Positions 1 through 10,267 of a DNA stretch of 64,000 nucleotides are shown one piece after another (the stretch's first letter is position 1; every line of letters begins with the position of its first letter). A program made the position numbers and the translations under genes. The notes under the pieces are model-generated. The model did not search any database. It was given only the letters and a program-made list of their open reading frames with translations, and was not told where the DNA came from. The stretch is from Bacteroidota bacterium. GTDB lineage: Bacteria; Bacteroidota; Bacteroidia; Chitinophagales; Saprospiraceae. The stretch lies in contig JBCDHX010000004.1 in assembly GCA_038749535.1 (NCBI GenBank), positions 17,603 to 81,602 on the forward strand, given 5' to 3'.

Positions 1-1011
1 AGTGTCAACGGTCGCTTTCCCGGCATTGGCTAGCCGATTGTGAAGATGTTTATCTGTCAAAACCTGCTGCATTTGCTCACCGAGTTGCTTTATATTTCCG
101 CCTTCAAACAAGAACCCATTTTCATTGTGCTGAATCAAATCAGGATTGCCGGAGGCATTTGTCGCGATGACAAGAATCCCCATCGACATAGCTTCCAGTA
201 AAGACTGTGATAACCCCTCCATGCTAGACGCCAAAACTTTCACATCGAACAGCGGATAGTATTGCAAAGCTGCTTCGTTGTCGATGAGTCCGGTACAAAG
301 GACGCGATGAATTGTATTGGATAAATTGACCTCAACTTGCTCCTCTTCTACACCGACTAGAATGAGCGTACACGGAACAGTCACATATTCCAAAGCATCG
401 ACGATCTGCTGCTGCTCTTTGAATCGAGAAATACAACCGATGATTTTGTGATGGTCGGGAATTTGATGTTTTGCTCGAAGCAACGGAACGTTAGCAGCAT
501 CAATAACTTCCATCTTCTTAGCATCCAATCCATTGTGTATCACTTCAATATGCTGCTCTTTCAACCCCAAACCGACCAGACTATTTTTCACGCCACGGCT
601 GACCGCTACGATTCTGTCTGTCCCTTTATGGTAGATAAAATTTTGCAGAAAACCACCAACACTTGCCGGACGTTGCCGACGCGTATGTACAATCCTAAAG
701 TTACCGCCATATAGCCATTTGGAGAAAATAGGTAAGTAACGATCTATACTTGACTGCGCATTGACCAACTCGATATTGTACTTTCTGATAACATCTCGAT
801 GCTCTTTGATCGCTTCCAAACTATATTTTCCTTTCATCCGCATCGGTACGATCTGAATGCCCGAATTTGCTGCCAACAGCGCGATCCATCTTTCCGTTCG
901 GCAACCCAGAAAAACGTCATGACCTTTTTCTGCTAAGCCTTTGGCTAAGTAATAGATAGACTGTGTAGAGCCGGCTAGTCCGCCTTGGTAGGTTGTGATG
1001 AGTATGCGCAT
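1..1011 (-). CDS. Glycosyltransferase family 4 (GT-B, group 1); C-terminus lies beyond the window start
   Basis: Own minus-strand translation from the ATG near 1011 gives MRILITTYQGGLAGSTQSIYYLAKGLAEKGHDVFLG... A later segment, SSMEGLSQSLLEAMSMGILVIATNASGNPDLI, is the typical GT4 E-x7-E region. It is missing from the ORF track because the frame runs off the window edge. Confidence 0.8.
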   Translation of the reverse strand, partial: MRILITTYQGGLAGSTQSIYYLAKGLAEKGHDVFLGCRTERWIALLAANSGIQIVPMRMKGKYSLEAIKEHRDVIRKYNIELVNAQSSIDRYLPIFSKWLYGGNFRIVHTRRQRPASVGGFLQNFIYHKGTDRIVAVSRGVKNSLVGLGLKEQHIEVIHNGLDAKKMEVIDAANVPLLRAKHQIPDHHKIIGCISRFKEQQQIVDALEYVTVPCTLILVGVEEEQVEVNLSNTIHRVLCTGLIDNEAALQYYPLFDVKVLASSMEGLSQSLLEAMSMGILVIATNASGNPDLIQHNENGFLFEGGNIKQLGEQMQQVLTDKHLHNRLANAGKATVDT

Positions 1012-1122
1012 TTTTCTGGAGGTGGGAGGTGATGTATGAGGGGTGACAGAGGACTGCTACAATCTGCTCCAAAATTTCGTGTGTACTCCGATTTGAGAGC
1101 ACAGAACAAAAAAATTATTACT

Positions 1123-1827
1123 TTATTCTTCTAATAAAAGCTCTTTCACTTCATCATACATCAGATCGACCCAAAGGGCGTACTGTGCGCCGGAAGGATG
1201 CAGCCCGTCAGAAGCGACTAGAGCCGTGTCATCAAGTCCATTTCTGGAGATAGGCGTGATGTCAAAATAAGCGATGTTGTAAGCTGTCGTTATTCGTTTA
1301 TTGATAGCATTGAAATCATTTATCCCTTTTGTGATCGCGTCGGTATCGGCTTCTTCAGATTGTCCGTAAGAGGTGAAAGCATAGTCCGGAATGGAAACGA
1401 CGAAGACCTTCTTCGTTTCGCCCTGTGCAAAAACAATTGCGCGCTGCAGTAAGTCTTCAAACTCTTGCGCATAAACACTGGTGTCCCTTTCTCTGAATTG
1501 ATTGTTGACGCCAATCAGCAGAGACACCATATCATAGTCGCTGCTCGGTTTTTCTTGGTTGATGCCAGCATTGAGTTCGTCTGTAGTCCAGCCTGTGGTA
1601 GCGACGATTTTGTAGTCAACTATTATGCTATCTGCTTCAAAATCTGCTGAAAGTAAAGCCGGATAAGTACTGTCACGCGCTACGCTTTCGCCTATGGTGT
1701 AAGAGTCGCCGAGTGCGAGATAGGTGTAGGTCTTCTTAGGCTCATCGGTGGTTGATGGTTCTGTGTTTTCGTTTTGACAAGAAAAAAAAGAAAGTAGTAT
1801 TAGTAGTAGTGAAAGTATCCTAAACAT
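1123..1827 (-). CDS. SGNH/GDSL-family hydrolase, probable lipoprotein
   Basis: Signal peptide ending in SFFSC. GDSYTIGE (block I Ser) and DGLHPS (block V D-x-x-H) are present. Confidence 0.8.
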   Translation of the reverse strand: MFRILSLLLILLSFFSCQNENTEPSTTDEPKKTYTYLALGDSYTIGESVARDSTYPALLSADFEADSIIVDYKIVATTGWTTDELNAGINQEKPSSDYDMVSLLIGVNNQFRERDTSVYAQEFEDLLQRAIVFAQGETKKVFVVSIPDYAFTSYGQSEEADTDAITKGINDFNAINKRITTAYNIAYFDITPISRNGLDDTALVASDGLHPSGAQYALWVDLMYDEVKELLLEE

Positions 1828-1899
1828 GAAATGAATTTTGTAGAAGTGGAAAGTAGGTGATTGTGAGATCTGTCTATCTAAGGCTGAAACGACTACCTA

Positions 1900-3132
1900 C
1901 TATCGCAAAAACAAAAGTATCAAAAACAAAGCGACAGAGACCGAAAAACCGACCATAAATACATTGTAAGAGATGGTGAGGAAGTAGTATTTTTTGGACA
2001 ATACTTTCCCCAAAAAGTAAAGATCACGACTCATATTTCCGTAGAGAAGATCATCTTTTCGGAGGACTTCATCCATGGCAGCTTCGTACTGATCGAGGCT
2101 GAGGGTGACAAAATTGCCGAAGAAAGCAATGTTTTTCTTGACTTCCTCTAGAGAGGTTTGATCTTCGTTGAGGTTGGTGACTTTGGGTCGTGCAGAAAGG
2201 ACAGCAAAGATGAGCGACGCCAAAGCTGTAACCAAAAAGATGACACCGGGCATGAGGACTTCGGGCTGCGTCTCTGTGATATTGCGCCAGGTCAAAACGG
2301 TAATCAAGACCGAAATCAAGATCGAATTGACGCTAATCATGATATTCGCTTTGTTGTCAGCGATGGCGCTGAGGTTGATGTGATTGCGATAGTTGGTGCG
2401 GAAGAAAGTTTGTGCGCCGCGTGTGCTGTTTTCTAGCTCCAGTTGCTCGAAAGGTTCGTGGACTCGCGATAAGCTGATCGGCTCTATATTTTTATTGAGT
2501 CGATTTTTGAGTTTAGCGATATGCTGGGCGACGATTGGCGTGTAATGTACTTTGGCATGAGCAGTATAGAATTTGACTTTTAGGAGTCGTTCTAGCTCTA
2601 GTGTTTGCCACTCCGATTTACTATACATTTGCTCTTGCATCAACTCCAGTTCCAGCCGCTCCAAAGCCGACTGCTCACTATAATTTTCGCCATAGCGCAC
2701 CCAGTTTATGGCATCTAAAAGCAATGCATCTACGGGTGTTTGTACGCGATGGTGTTCGACGTTTCTAATGGTCTGATGGACGACTTCAGTATCAATATCC
2801 CGCTCACTGTCACTCCACTTTTGTAATAATTGCTGACTAAAACGCTCATCCCTTAATCGACGCATTGCCTGAGCGTAAGCCGCTAATTGAGCTGTTTTTT
2901 GCTGTACTAAATCAGCAGGAGCAAGTTGCTGAATTTCTTCAACGATACGATGCAATCGAGCATAACTATGATAAACCATACTTGGCAAATGATGGTCATT
3001 GAAAGCTTGTAAAACTTCTTGCTGAACAGAAGGTAGCAATGTAGGCATGGGTGAAATAGGTGATGTCATAGGAAAGTGTAAAAGGCTATTTACAGAAAGT
3101 ACGCGTATCGACAACAGAAAGTTGTACAGCAT
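1900..3132 (-). CDS. Membrane protein with C-terminal DUF5706 / Pycsar-effector-like TM domain and a degenerate HD-like N-terminal region
   Basis: SAIADNKANIMISVNSILISVLITVL is followed by two more TM helices (VIFLVTALASLIFAVLSARP and a C-terminal FMVGFSVSVALFLILLFL). The N-terminus has YHSYARLH but no HD doublet. The true start is probably the internal MTSPISP near 3069. The family assignment is from memory. Confidence 0.5.
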   Translation of the reverse strand: MLYNFLLSIRVLSVNSLLHFPMTSPISPMPTLLPSVQQEVLQAFNDHHLPSMVYHSYARLHRIVEEIQQLAPADLVQQKTAQLAAYAQAMRRLRDERFSQQLLQKWSDSERDIDTEVVHQTIRNVEHHRVQTPVDALLLDAINWVRYGENYSEQSALERLELELMQEQMYSKSEWQTLELERLLKVKFYTAHAKVHYTPIVAQHIAKLKNRLNKNIEPISLSRVHEPFEQLELENSTRGAQTFFRTNYRNHINLSAIADNKANIMISVNSILISVLITVLTWRNITETQPEVLMPGVIFLVTALASLIFAVLSARPKVTNLNEDQTSLEEVKKNIAFFGNFVTLSLDQYEAAMDEVLRKDDLLYGNMSRDLYFLGKVLSKKYYFLTISYNVFMVGFSVSVALFLILLFLR

Positions 3133-3134
3133 AT

Positions 3135-4292
3135 TTATTTACTTTCTGAAACGCCTTTATTGCTGATGGATTGGTCGAAACGAAGGGCTTTTCGCATTTT
3201 GGTATGAATGGCAGTATTGTCATAGATACCTGAAAATAGTTCAGCCTGTGGTCCAAATGCAAAGACCGGAATCATGGTGCTGGTATGATCGTTGGTGGTG
3301 AATTCTAGTTTTAGCTTTCGTTTTTTCGAGCCAGGATTGATCGCTAAGCCACCCGTTTCATGATCGGCAGTGACGATGACGAGTGTTTCTCCATCTTCGG
3401 TGGCCATAGCTAGCACCTCCCCTATTGCTTTATCAAAATCCAACATTTCAGCTACCAACAATTGACCTTCGTTCGCATGACCTGCCCAGTCGATCTGAGA
3501 ACCTTCTATCATCATAAAGAAGCCTTTTTCGCTATGTTTTTTCAGAAAATTGATGCCCATCTTGCTAGCATAAGGCAAATAAGAACGTCCTTGTATGACT
3601 GGTAGTGGGTCGCTATTGGCAGAAAAATAGATGAAATTTTGGTCTGATTTAGGTCGATAGCCAGTCAGTTCGCTATCTCTGAAACTCTTGACTGAATACC
3701 CTTTTTCTTGCAGCTCTTTGTACAGATTTCGCTCATCAAATTCTCTGTAGTCAAAATATCGCTGACCACCACCGACCAAAAAGTCAACCTCGACATCTAG
3801 AAAATCTGCCGCGATATTTTCAAAGAAAACGCGCATGGGTTCATGTGCGACGAAAGCAGCAGGCGTGGCATGTGTGATGGGAGAAGTGACGACCATACCA
3901 GTTGCCATTCCTTTGGCTTCTGCCTCTTCTAAAATGGTAAAACAGGGCATCGTATCCGTCCCCATACCTATGGCACCATTATAAGTCTTGATGCCACAAG
4001 CGAAAGCAGTTGCTCCGGCAGCTGAGTCTGTTTTGAGGTTATCCGCAGAATGAGATTTGTGAAAACCTATAACGGGAAATCGTTCCAGATTGAGCTTTTT
4101 CTTAGAAGAATAAATGGCGGCTGTAACTTGTGATAGCCCCATTCCGTCTCCTATCATAAGAACGATATTTTTGGGGTATTCCTTTTTACTTTTGGGTAAT
4201 GCGCCCATCTTGTCAGTAGCTTTTTTCGTCTCTCCGCATCCCAATAGCAATAAAATGATGAGTGCCTGACTACACCAGTTGAAAATGTCCAT
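3135..4292 (-). CDS. Alkaline phosphatase (PhoA family), lipoprotein
   Basis: MIGDGMGLSQVTAA and TDSAAGATAFACG (active-site Ser region) are present. A lipobox LLLLGCG follows the internal start MDIFNW, so the track ORF 3135..4319 was trimmed. Confidence 0.9.
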   Translation of the reverse strand: MDIFNWCSQALIILLLLGCGETKKATDKMGALPKSKKEYPKNIVLMIGDGMGLSQVTAAIYSSKKKLNLERFPVIGFHKSHSADNLKTDSAAGATAFACGIKTYNGAIGMGTDTMPCFTILEEAEAKGMATGMVVTSPITHATPAAFVAHEPMRVFFENIAADFLDVEVDFLVGGGQRYFDYREFDERNLYKELQEKGYSVKSFRDSELTGYRPKSDQNFIYFSANSDPLPVIQGRSYLPYASKMGINFLKKHSEKGFFMMIEGSQIDWAGHANEGQLLVAEMLDFDKAIGEVLAMATEDGETLVIVTADHETGGLAINPGSKKRKLKLEFTTNDHTSTMIPVFAFGPQAELFSGIYDNTAIHTKMRKALRFDQSISNKGVSESK

Positions 4293-4621
4293 TCTGCACA
4301 ATGTCACTTTAGACCACATAAATAAAGCTATATGAAAAAAGTGTAAAATAGGTGTTAATCAAAATATATACAAACAAAATTAAATTCTGTCAAAATTAAT
4401 TTAACGTCATTTTAATGAAATATTATTTTGCAAACATCTAACTTTGCGGCGAAATTAGTGTTTTGGTATAAGATGTAACAAGATGTCTAATTACCGCTAG
4501 CCGTATTCATCGAATTTTGCCCTACGTTCCTATAAATTTATTTTTTATTCGATTGAAATGCAGCTATTTAGAGATCAAACACATCCTTAGTCCAAACACA
4601 CATAAAATTAAGACCAAATTA

Positions 4622-5614
4622 ATGAAATCGATCACACTAATTATTTACAGTCTTCTGTTCATCAACCTATCTGCTTATGCTGTTCAGCCCGATCAGCAGA
4701 GCTTATTTGATGTATTTCAGGAGCAAGATTTACTGGAAGTCACCTTAAAAACAGATTTTGATCTTATCCTAGCTGATAAACGCAATGAAGAATATCAGCC
4801 TGCGACATTCATCTATCTCAATGCAGCAGATGAAGAAGTACTAGAAAACATCAAAATCAAACAACGTGGAAAGTACCGCAGACGCGTTTGTGATATGCCA
4901 CCTCTGAAATTGAATTTTGACAAAAGCGATCTAGCAGATAAAGGTCTTGCGAAATTTGACAAAATGAAGCTAGTGACTTACTGCATGGATTCTCCTAGCT
5001 CGAAAGAAGCTATCGTCAAAGAATACTTGGCATACCAGATGTACCAAGAACTGACGCCTTATAGCTATCGTACGCAGCTCGTCAAGATTACTTATATCGA
5101 TACGGACAATCCGCGTCGCAAGACTCGTCACTTTGGATTTTTGATTGAAAGCACTTCTGAATTAGAGGCACGCATCGACGCAGAAGAGGTAGAGGCATTC
5201 AACTTACAGGCTAATGAGTTCAATCTAAAGCAGGAAGCTTTAGTAGCTAATTTTCAATACATGATCGGTAATGCAGACTGGGACCGTGTCACCATGCGCA
5301 ACGTCAAAATACTGAAACCAACAAATGGTGGCAAACTACTTTTAGTCCCTTATGATTTTGATTTCAGCGGCATGGTAGACGCCAATTATGCAATACCGAA
5401 TACCACACTAGGCTTGGACTCAGTGCAGCAACGCGCTTATTTAGGGACTCGTCAGGATAAGAAAGCACTAATCGCCATTGAGAGCTATTTTGTGCGCAAA
5501 AGAGATCAACTATACGAAGTCATCGAAAACTGTCGCTACCTTAATCGCGTAGATCGACAAGAGGTGATTAATTATCTGGATACTTATTATGATGCTTCGA
5601 CAATTGCTCGATAA
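4622..5614 (+). CDS. Hypothetical secreted protein
   Basis: Long ORF. The start was moved to MKSITLIIYSLLFINLSAYA (signal peptide). I recognise no family. Confidence 0.6.
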   Translation: MKSITLIIYSLLFINLSAYAVQPDQQSLFDVFQEQDLLEVTLKTDFDLILADKRNEEYQPATFIYLNAADEEVLENIKIKQRGKYRRRVCDMPPLKLNFDKSDLADKGLAKFDKMKLVTYCMDSPSSKEAIVKEYLAYQMYQELTPYSYRTQLVKITYIDTDNPRRKTRHFGFLIESTSELEARIDAEEVEAFNLQANEFNLKQEALVANFQYMIGNADWDRVTMRNVKILKPTNGGKLLLVPYDFDFSGMVDANYAIPNTTLGLDSVQQRAYLGTRQDKKALIAIESYFVRKRDQLYEVIENCRYLNRVDRQEVINYLDTYYDASTIAR

Positions 5615-5648
5615 ACTGCTGTAAAAGTATTCGATTTATCAATACATG

Positions 5649-5693
5649 AAGGGTGAAAGTGACCAGTTGGTTGCTTTCACCCTTTTGCATTTT
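5649..5693 (+). terminator. Intrinsic terminator after the 4622..5614 gene
   Basis: An 11-bp stem AAGGGTGAAAG / CTTTCACCCTT is followed by TTGCATTTT. Confidence 0.6.
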
Positions 5694-5934
5694 GCCCAAA
5701 ACAAAGTATCTTGATGCAACTATTAAAACATTTTCATACAAACATAAGTACTTGGGTATGAATAAGCATCACTTTTGACTTAGCTGTTTTTTCGCTAATC
5801 AAGGCAAATTTTTCTCCCATAACCAGTTATGGGAAAATAAATTTAACGCGGAGTAGTGGAAAAAAAGCCTGTCAATGAAAGTGTCGACTATTTGGGCTCA
5901 CGTACTTAAATCCAACTTCATGCAAAACAACAAA

Positions 5935-7260
5935 ATGAAACGCCGCGATTTTGTCAAAAAATCATCCTTACTAGCAGGAGCGACCACCATCGTTCCTTCC
6001 ATGCTAGCTGCCAAAGCACATATCGACGGTGAAGATGCCATCAAAGTCGGACTCGTAGGCTGCGGCGGACGTGGCACAGGTGCTATCATGCAAGCCTTAC
6101 AATCCGGTCAAAATGTACAGCTAGTCGCCATGGCGGATGCTTTCAAAGATCGACTGGATAAGTGTTACAATCGCATCACCGATCCTGACTTCAAAGACTG
6201 GTCCTCTGGACAACCTGTCAACGTCCGCGATCGAGTGGTCGTGAGTCCTGAGCATCGCTTCGTAGGTTTTGAAGCTTACGAAAAAGTACTGCCGCTAGTC
6301 GATGTAGTCATTTTAGCAACTCCACCGGGTTTCCGTCCTATGCACTTCGATGCTGCCATCAAAGCAGGCAAGCACGTCTTCATGGAAAAACCACTGGCTG
6401 TAGATGCACCAGGCGTACAGCAGGTACTGGAGACGGCAAAACTCGCCAAAGAAAAGAAACTCAATGTCATCGTCGGGCTACAACGTCACTATCAAAAGAA
6501 ATATCAAGAGTGGGTCGATATGCTTCAAAATGGCGTCATTGGTGATATTACTTCTTCTCAGGTGTACTGGAACAGCGGCGGCGTCTGGGTGCGCCCACGC
6601 GAAGCCGGAATGACAGAAATGGAGTATCAAATGCGCAATTGGTACTACTTTAATTGGCTATGCGGCGATCATATCAATGAGCAGCACATCCATAATTTGG
6701 ATGTCGGCAATTGGGTCAAGCAGGCTTACCCAATCAAAGCGCAAGGTATGGGTGGACGTCTGGTCAGGACAGGAAAAGATCATGGCGAAATTTTCGATCA
6801 CCATTGTGTACAATATGAATATGCCGACGGTAGCACCATGTTTAGCCAATGTCGTCACATGCCCAACACAGATTTTAAAGTATCAGAAGCATTCAATGGT
6901 ACAAGCGGAAGCGCACCAGAGCCCGGCGTCATCAAAACCAAAACTGGTTATCGCCTCATGCGCTACAATGACAAAAAAGACCCCAATCCGTATCAAGTGG
7001 AGCACGATTTGCTCTTCAAAGCCATTGCCAAAGGCGACTACAAATATGCAGACGCTGAAAACGGAGCAAAAAGTACCATGACCGCGATCATAGGACGTAT
7101 GGCAACCTACTCCGGCAAAACGATCGAATGGGATGCTGCAATGAATTCTAAAATTAGTCTAGCACCTGCAAAGTACGACTTTGCAGCTACGCCACCTGTG
7201 CTACCGGATGCCAATGGATTTTATCCGATTGCTGTGCCGGGTGTGACGGAAGTTCTGTAG
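5935..7260 (+). CDS. Gfo/Idh/MocA-family NAD(P)-dependent oxidoreductase with a Tat signal
   Basis: MKRRDFVKKSSLLAGATT is a twin-arginine signal. VGLVGCGGRGTG is a Rossmann motif. The start was moved from 5875 to an internal Met. Confidence 0.8.
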   Translation: MKRRDFVKKSSLLAGATTIVPSMLAAKAHIDGEDAIKVGLVGCGGRGTGAIMQALQSGQNVQLVAMADAFKDRLDKCYNRITDPDFKDWSSGQPVNVRDRVVVSPEHRFVGFEAYEKVLPLVDVVILATPPGFRPMHFDAAIKAGKHVFMEKPLAVDAPGVQQVLETAKLAKEKKLNVIVGLQRHYQKKYQEWVDMLQNGVIGDITSSQVYWNSGGVWVRPREAGMTEMEYQMRNWYYFNWLCGDHINEQHIHNLDVGNWVKQAYPIKAQGMGGRLVRTGKDHGEIFDHHCVQYEYADGSTMFSQCRHMPNTDFKVSEAFNGTSGSAPEPGVIKTKTGYRLMRYNDKKDPNPYQVEHDLLFKAIAKGDYKYADAENGAKSTMTAIIGRMATYSGKTIEWDAAMNSKISLAPAKYDFAATPPVLPDANGFYPIAVPGVTEVL

Positions 7261-7532
7261 AATGAAAAATGACGAATGACGATTCTGTTCAGCGACAGAC
7301 TTCGCATTCGTCATCAACTAATTTTAGCTTTAAAGAATGATACGCTTTGCGAAGGGTGCGAGATAATATTTAAACTATGCAAGCTTTCGTAAAGCTTCAT
7401 TTCATTTAATTTGTGCAATCCATTATCTATATACCTTACTAGTCATAGCATTTCACTTCCTCCATTTCTTCTCTATATTTGCGCGACGATATGCTGACAG
7501 ATAGGATAGCGCATATCCGCAAATACAGATAA

Positions 7533-8510
7533 ATGCAAACATTACAAGACTACCAAAAGCGATATCTAGCTTATCAGGCATCCCATCCTTTTACACGCGA
7601 GCCAGTCGGGCTTTATCAACCCATCGACTACATCCTTAATTTGGGTGGCAAACGAATGCGACCTGTTGCCTTGTTGATGGCTTATGGACTATACCATGAT
7701 GAGATCGCGCCGGCACTTCCGGCAGCTTATGCCATTGAGATTTTCCACAATTTTACATTGGTACACGATGACATCATCGACCATGCGCCGCTGAGACGAA
7801 AGCAGCCGACCGTACATGAAAAATGGAATTTAAATACAGGTATTCTATCCGGTGATGTCATGCTCGTATATGCTTACGAGTATTTGGCACAACTCCCCCA
7901 GATAGAGCGCCTACCAAATATTTTGAGCACTTTCAATAAAGCAGCCATAGAAGTCTGTGAAGGTCAGCAGTACGATGTCAATTTCGAGACACAAAGCATC
8001 GTAGAGATCGATGAGTACTTACACATGATCGAATTGAAAACGTCAGTTTTGCTAGCAGCGGCAATGAAAATAGGTGCGCTGGTAGCAGAAGCAAGTCATG
8101 AAGATGCAGAACATTTGTATCAATTTGGTCGGAATATTGGTATCGCTTTTCAGCTACAAGACGACTACCTCGATACCTTCGGCGATCCTGATAAATTTGG
8201 GAAGAAAGTAGGTGGTGACATCGCTCAGAATAAGAAGACCTTCTTGATTTTGAAAGCTCTGGAAGTGGCAAGTACAACCATGCGAAATCGCCTACTGGAA
8301 CTGATGAATGACCAAACCAAAGTAGAAGAGGTTCGCATCGCAGCCATCACACAAACATTGCGCGAATTGAATATCGATCAACTCACAAAAGAAAAGAAAA
8401 ACGAATATCAACAGCGCGCTTTTGAGCATCTCAATGCTATCTCTGTCAGCGATGAACGAAAGCAAATCTTGCGTGATCTGGCGGATATGTTGCTGGATAG
8501 GGAAGTATAA
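7533..8510 (+). CDS. Polyprenyl diphosphate synthase (trans-isoprenyl diphosphate synthase family)
   Basis: First DDxxD motif in LVHDDIID; second in QLQDDYLD. Confidence 0.9.
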   Translation: MQTLQDYQKRYLAYQASHPFTREPVGLYQPIDYILNLGGKRMRPVALLMAYGLYHDEIAPALPAAYAIEIFHNFTLVHDDIIDHAPLRRKQPTVHEKWNLNTGILSGDVMLVYAYEYLAQLPQIERLPNILSTFNKAAIEVCEGQQYDVNFETQSIVEIDEYLHMIELKTSVLLAAAMKIGALVAEASHEDAEHLYQFGRNIGIAFQLQDDYLDTFGDPDKFGKKVGGDIAQNKKTFLILKALEVASTTMRNRLLELMNDQTKVEEVRIAAITQTLRELNIDQLTKEKKNEYQQRAFEHLNAISVSDERKQILRDLADMLLDREV

Positions 8511-8554
8511 GTCATGGTTCATATATCATGATTCATGAACTATAAAAAGTACAA

Positions 8555-9448
8555 ATGATTCACACACTCGACCTTCAATTTTTAGATAGCACCTCTACCA
8601 TCGCCGCTTTTTTAGTGGAGGCTGGAGACGAGTATATTCTGGTAGAAACCGGTCCACATTCGACTCTGCCACAGTTAAAAAAAGCAATGGTGCAATATGG
8701 TATTGAGCTGACCGACATTAAACACGTTTTTCTGACGCATATTCATTTCGATCATGCCGGAGCAGCTTGGGCGTTGGCGAAACATGGTGCGACTATTCAT
8801 GTGCATCCACAAGGCAAACGCCATCTGCAAGATCCGACGCGACTCTACGAATCAGCGAGACGCATCTATCAAGACAAGATGGAATACTTGTGGGGTAAGA
8901 TGGAAGGGATAGCGGAAGAGCAATTGCATATCTGCGCACATAAAGAAATCATCGAAGTTAATGGTTTGAAAATCAAAGCTTTACATACTCCCGGTCATGC
9001 GGTGCATCATATTGCTTGGCGTATCGGTGATGCGATAATGACGGGTGATGTGGCTGGTGTCAGGATCAAAGATGAGCTGGTCGTGCCGCCTTGTCCACCG
9101 CCGGATATTCATGTAGCAGATTGGCGGCGTTCTTTGGATATTTTGAGAGCGGAAAATGCTGATGTGTTTTATCTGACCCACTTTGGAAAGGTGGAAAGTA
9201 CGGTACAACATTTGGTTGATTTGGAGCGGCTACTATTAGATTGGGCAAATTGGATAAAGCCTCATGCCGAAGCTGATCGACCTGTGCAGGAAGTCATTCC
9301 TGAATTTACGGCTTATGTACAGGGACAGTTGAAAACAGCCGGAATCACAGATGCTGCCGATCTTGAAAGATACGAAAAAGCCAATCCTTCTTGGATGAGT
9401 GTTGCCGGACTGATGCGGTATTGGAAGAAGATCGGTTTGCAACAATAA
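8555..9448 (+). CDS. MBL-fold metallo-hydrolase
   Basis: THIHFDHAG is an HxHxDH metal-binding motif. Confidence 0.8.
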   Translation: MIHTLDLQFLDSTSTIAAFLVEAGDEYILVETGPHSTLPQLKKAMVQYGIELTDIKHVFLTHIHFDHAGAAWALAKHGATIHVHPQGKRHLQDPTRLYESARRIYQDKMEYLWGKMEGIAEEQLHICAHKEIIEVNGLKIKALHTPGHAVHHIAWRIGDAIMTGDVAGVRIKDELVVPPCPPPDIHVADWRRSLDILRAENADVFYLTHFGKVESTVQHLVDLERLLLDWANWIKPHAEADRPVQEVIPEFTAYVQGQLKTAGITDAADLERYEKANPSWMSVAGLMRYWKKIGLQQ

Positions 9449-9454
9449 AAGAAT

Positions 9455-10159
9455 ATGAAGCTCAATAAATACATTGCTCATGCTGGTGTTTGCTCTCGAC
9501 GTGATGCCGGAGAACTTGTCAAGAAAGGAAAAGTGACCGTCAATGGAGAAGTGAAACTAGAGCCTTGGTATGAAGTCAAAGAGACAGATCGAGTAGAATA
9601 TAACGAAAAAGTTGTCCGACTAGAAGAAAAGAAAATATATATCTTGCTCAATAAACCGAAAAATACCATCACCAGTCTTAAAGACGAACGCGGTCGAAAA
9701 ACAGTCTATGACATCGTCAAAAATCATGTGGAAGAACGCATCTATCCAGTCGGTCGATTAGATAGGCAGACGCTAGGATTACTGGTTTTGACGAATGATG
9801 GCGATCTAGCACAAAAGCTGGCTCATCCTTCTCACGAGATCCAAAAATACTACGAAGTCACATTAGATAAATCGGTCTCCAAAGCTCATTTGGAACAAAT
9901 CAAAGTAGGACTCCAACTAGAAGACGGACTCGCTCCTGTAGATGGCGCACATTACATCAAAAATGACCCTATGCAAGTCGGCATTAAAATTCATATCGGT
10001 AGAAATAGAATCGTGCGACGTATTTTTGAGCATCTAGGGTATAAAGTCAAACGACTCGACCGCACTCTTTATGCTGGACTGACCAAGAAGGATTTGCCGC
10101 GTGGTCATTTTCGGCATCTGACAAAGCAAGAGGTAATTATGCTGAAGCATTTTATTTGA
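9455..10159 (+). CDS. Pseudouridine synthase, RsuA/RluB family
   Basis: N-terminal S4 domain (LNKYIAHAGVCSRRDAGELVKKGKVTVNG) plus the catalytic GRLD motif. Confidence 0.85.
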   Translation: MKLNKYIAHAGVCSRRDAGELVKKGKVTVNGEVKLEPWYEVKETDRVEYNEKVVRLEEKKIYILLNKPKNTITSLKDERGRKTVYDIVKNHVEERIYPVGRLDRQTLGLLVLTNDGDLAQKLAHPSHEIQKYYEVTLDKSVSKAHLEQIKVGLQLEDGLAPVDGAHYIKNDPMQVGIKIHIGRNRIVRRIFEHLGYKVKRLDRTLYAGLTKKDLPRGHFRHLTKQEVIMLKHFI

Positions 10160-10267
10160 CCCAAGCCGATGGATAGATTTTTAATTTCTCTTTAACGAAT
10201 GATTTAAATCATTCGCTTTAGATGATATGTGCTTTTAATCAAATTCCGCTTTCTCGCCTCTCACGCA

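Noticed and set aside
1900-4319. Pycsar/CBASS-type defence operon around the DUF5706-like gene
   Set aside because: No nucleotide cyclase or other defence component is adjacent. The neighbours are an alkaline phosphatase and a GDSL lipase.
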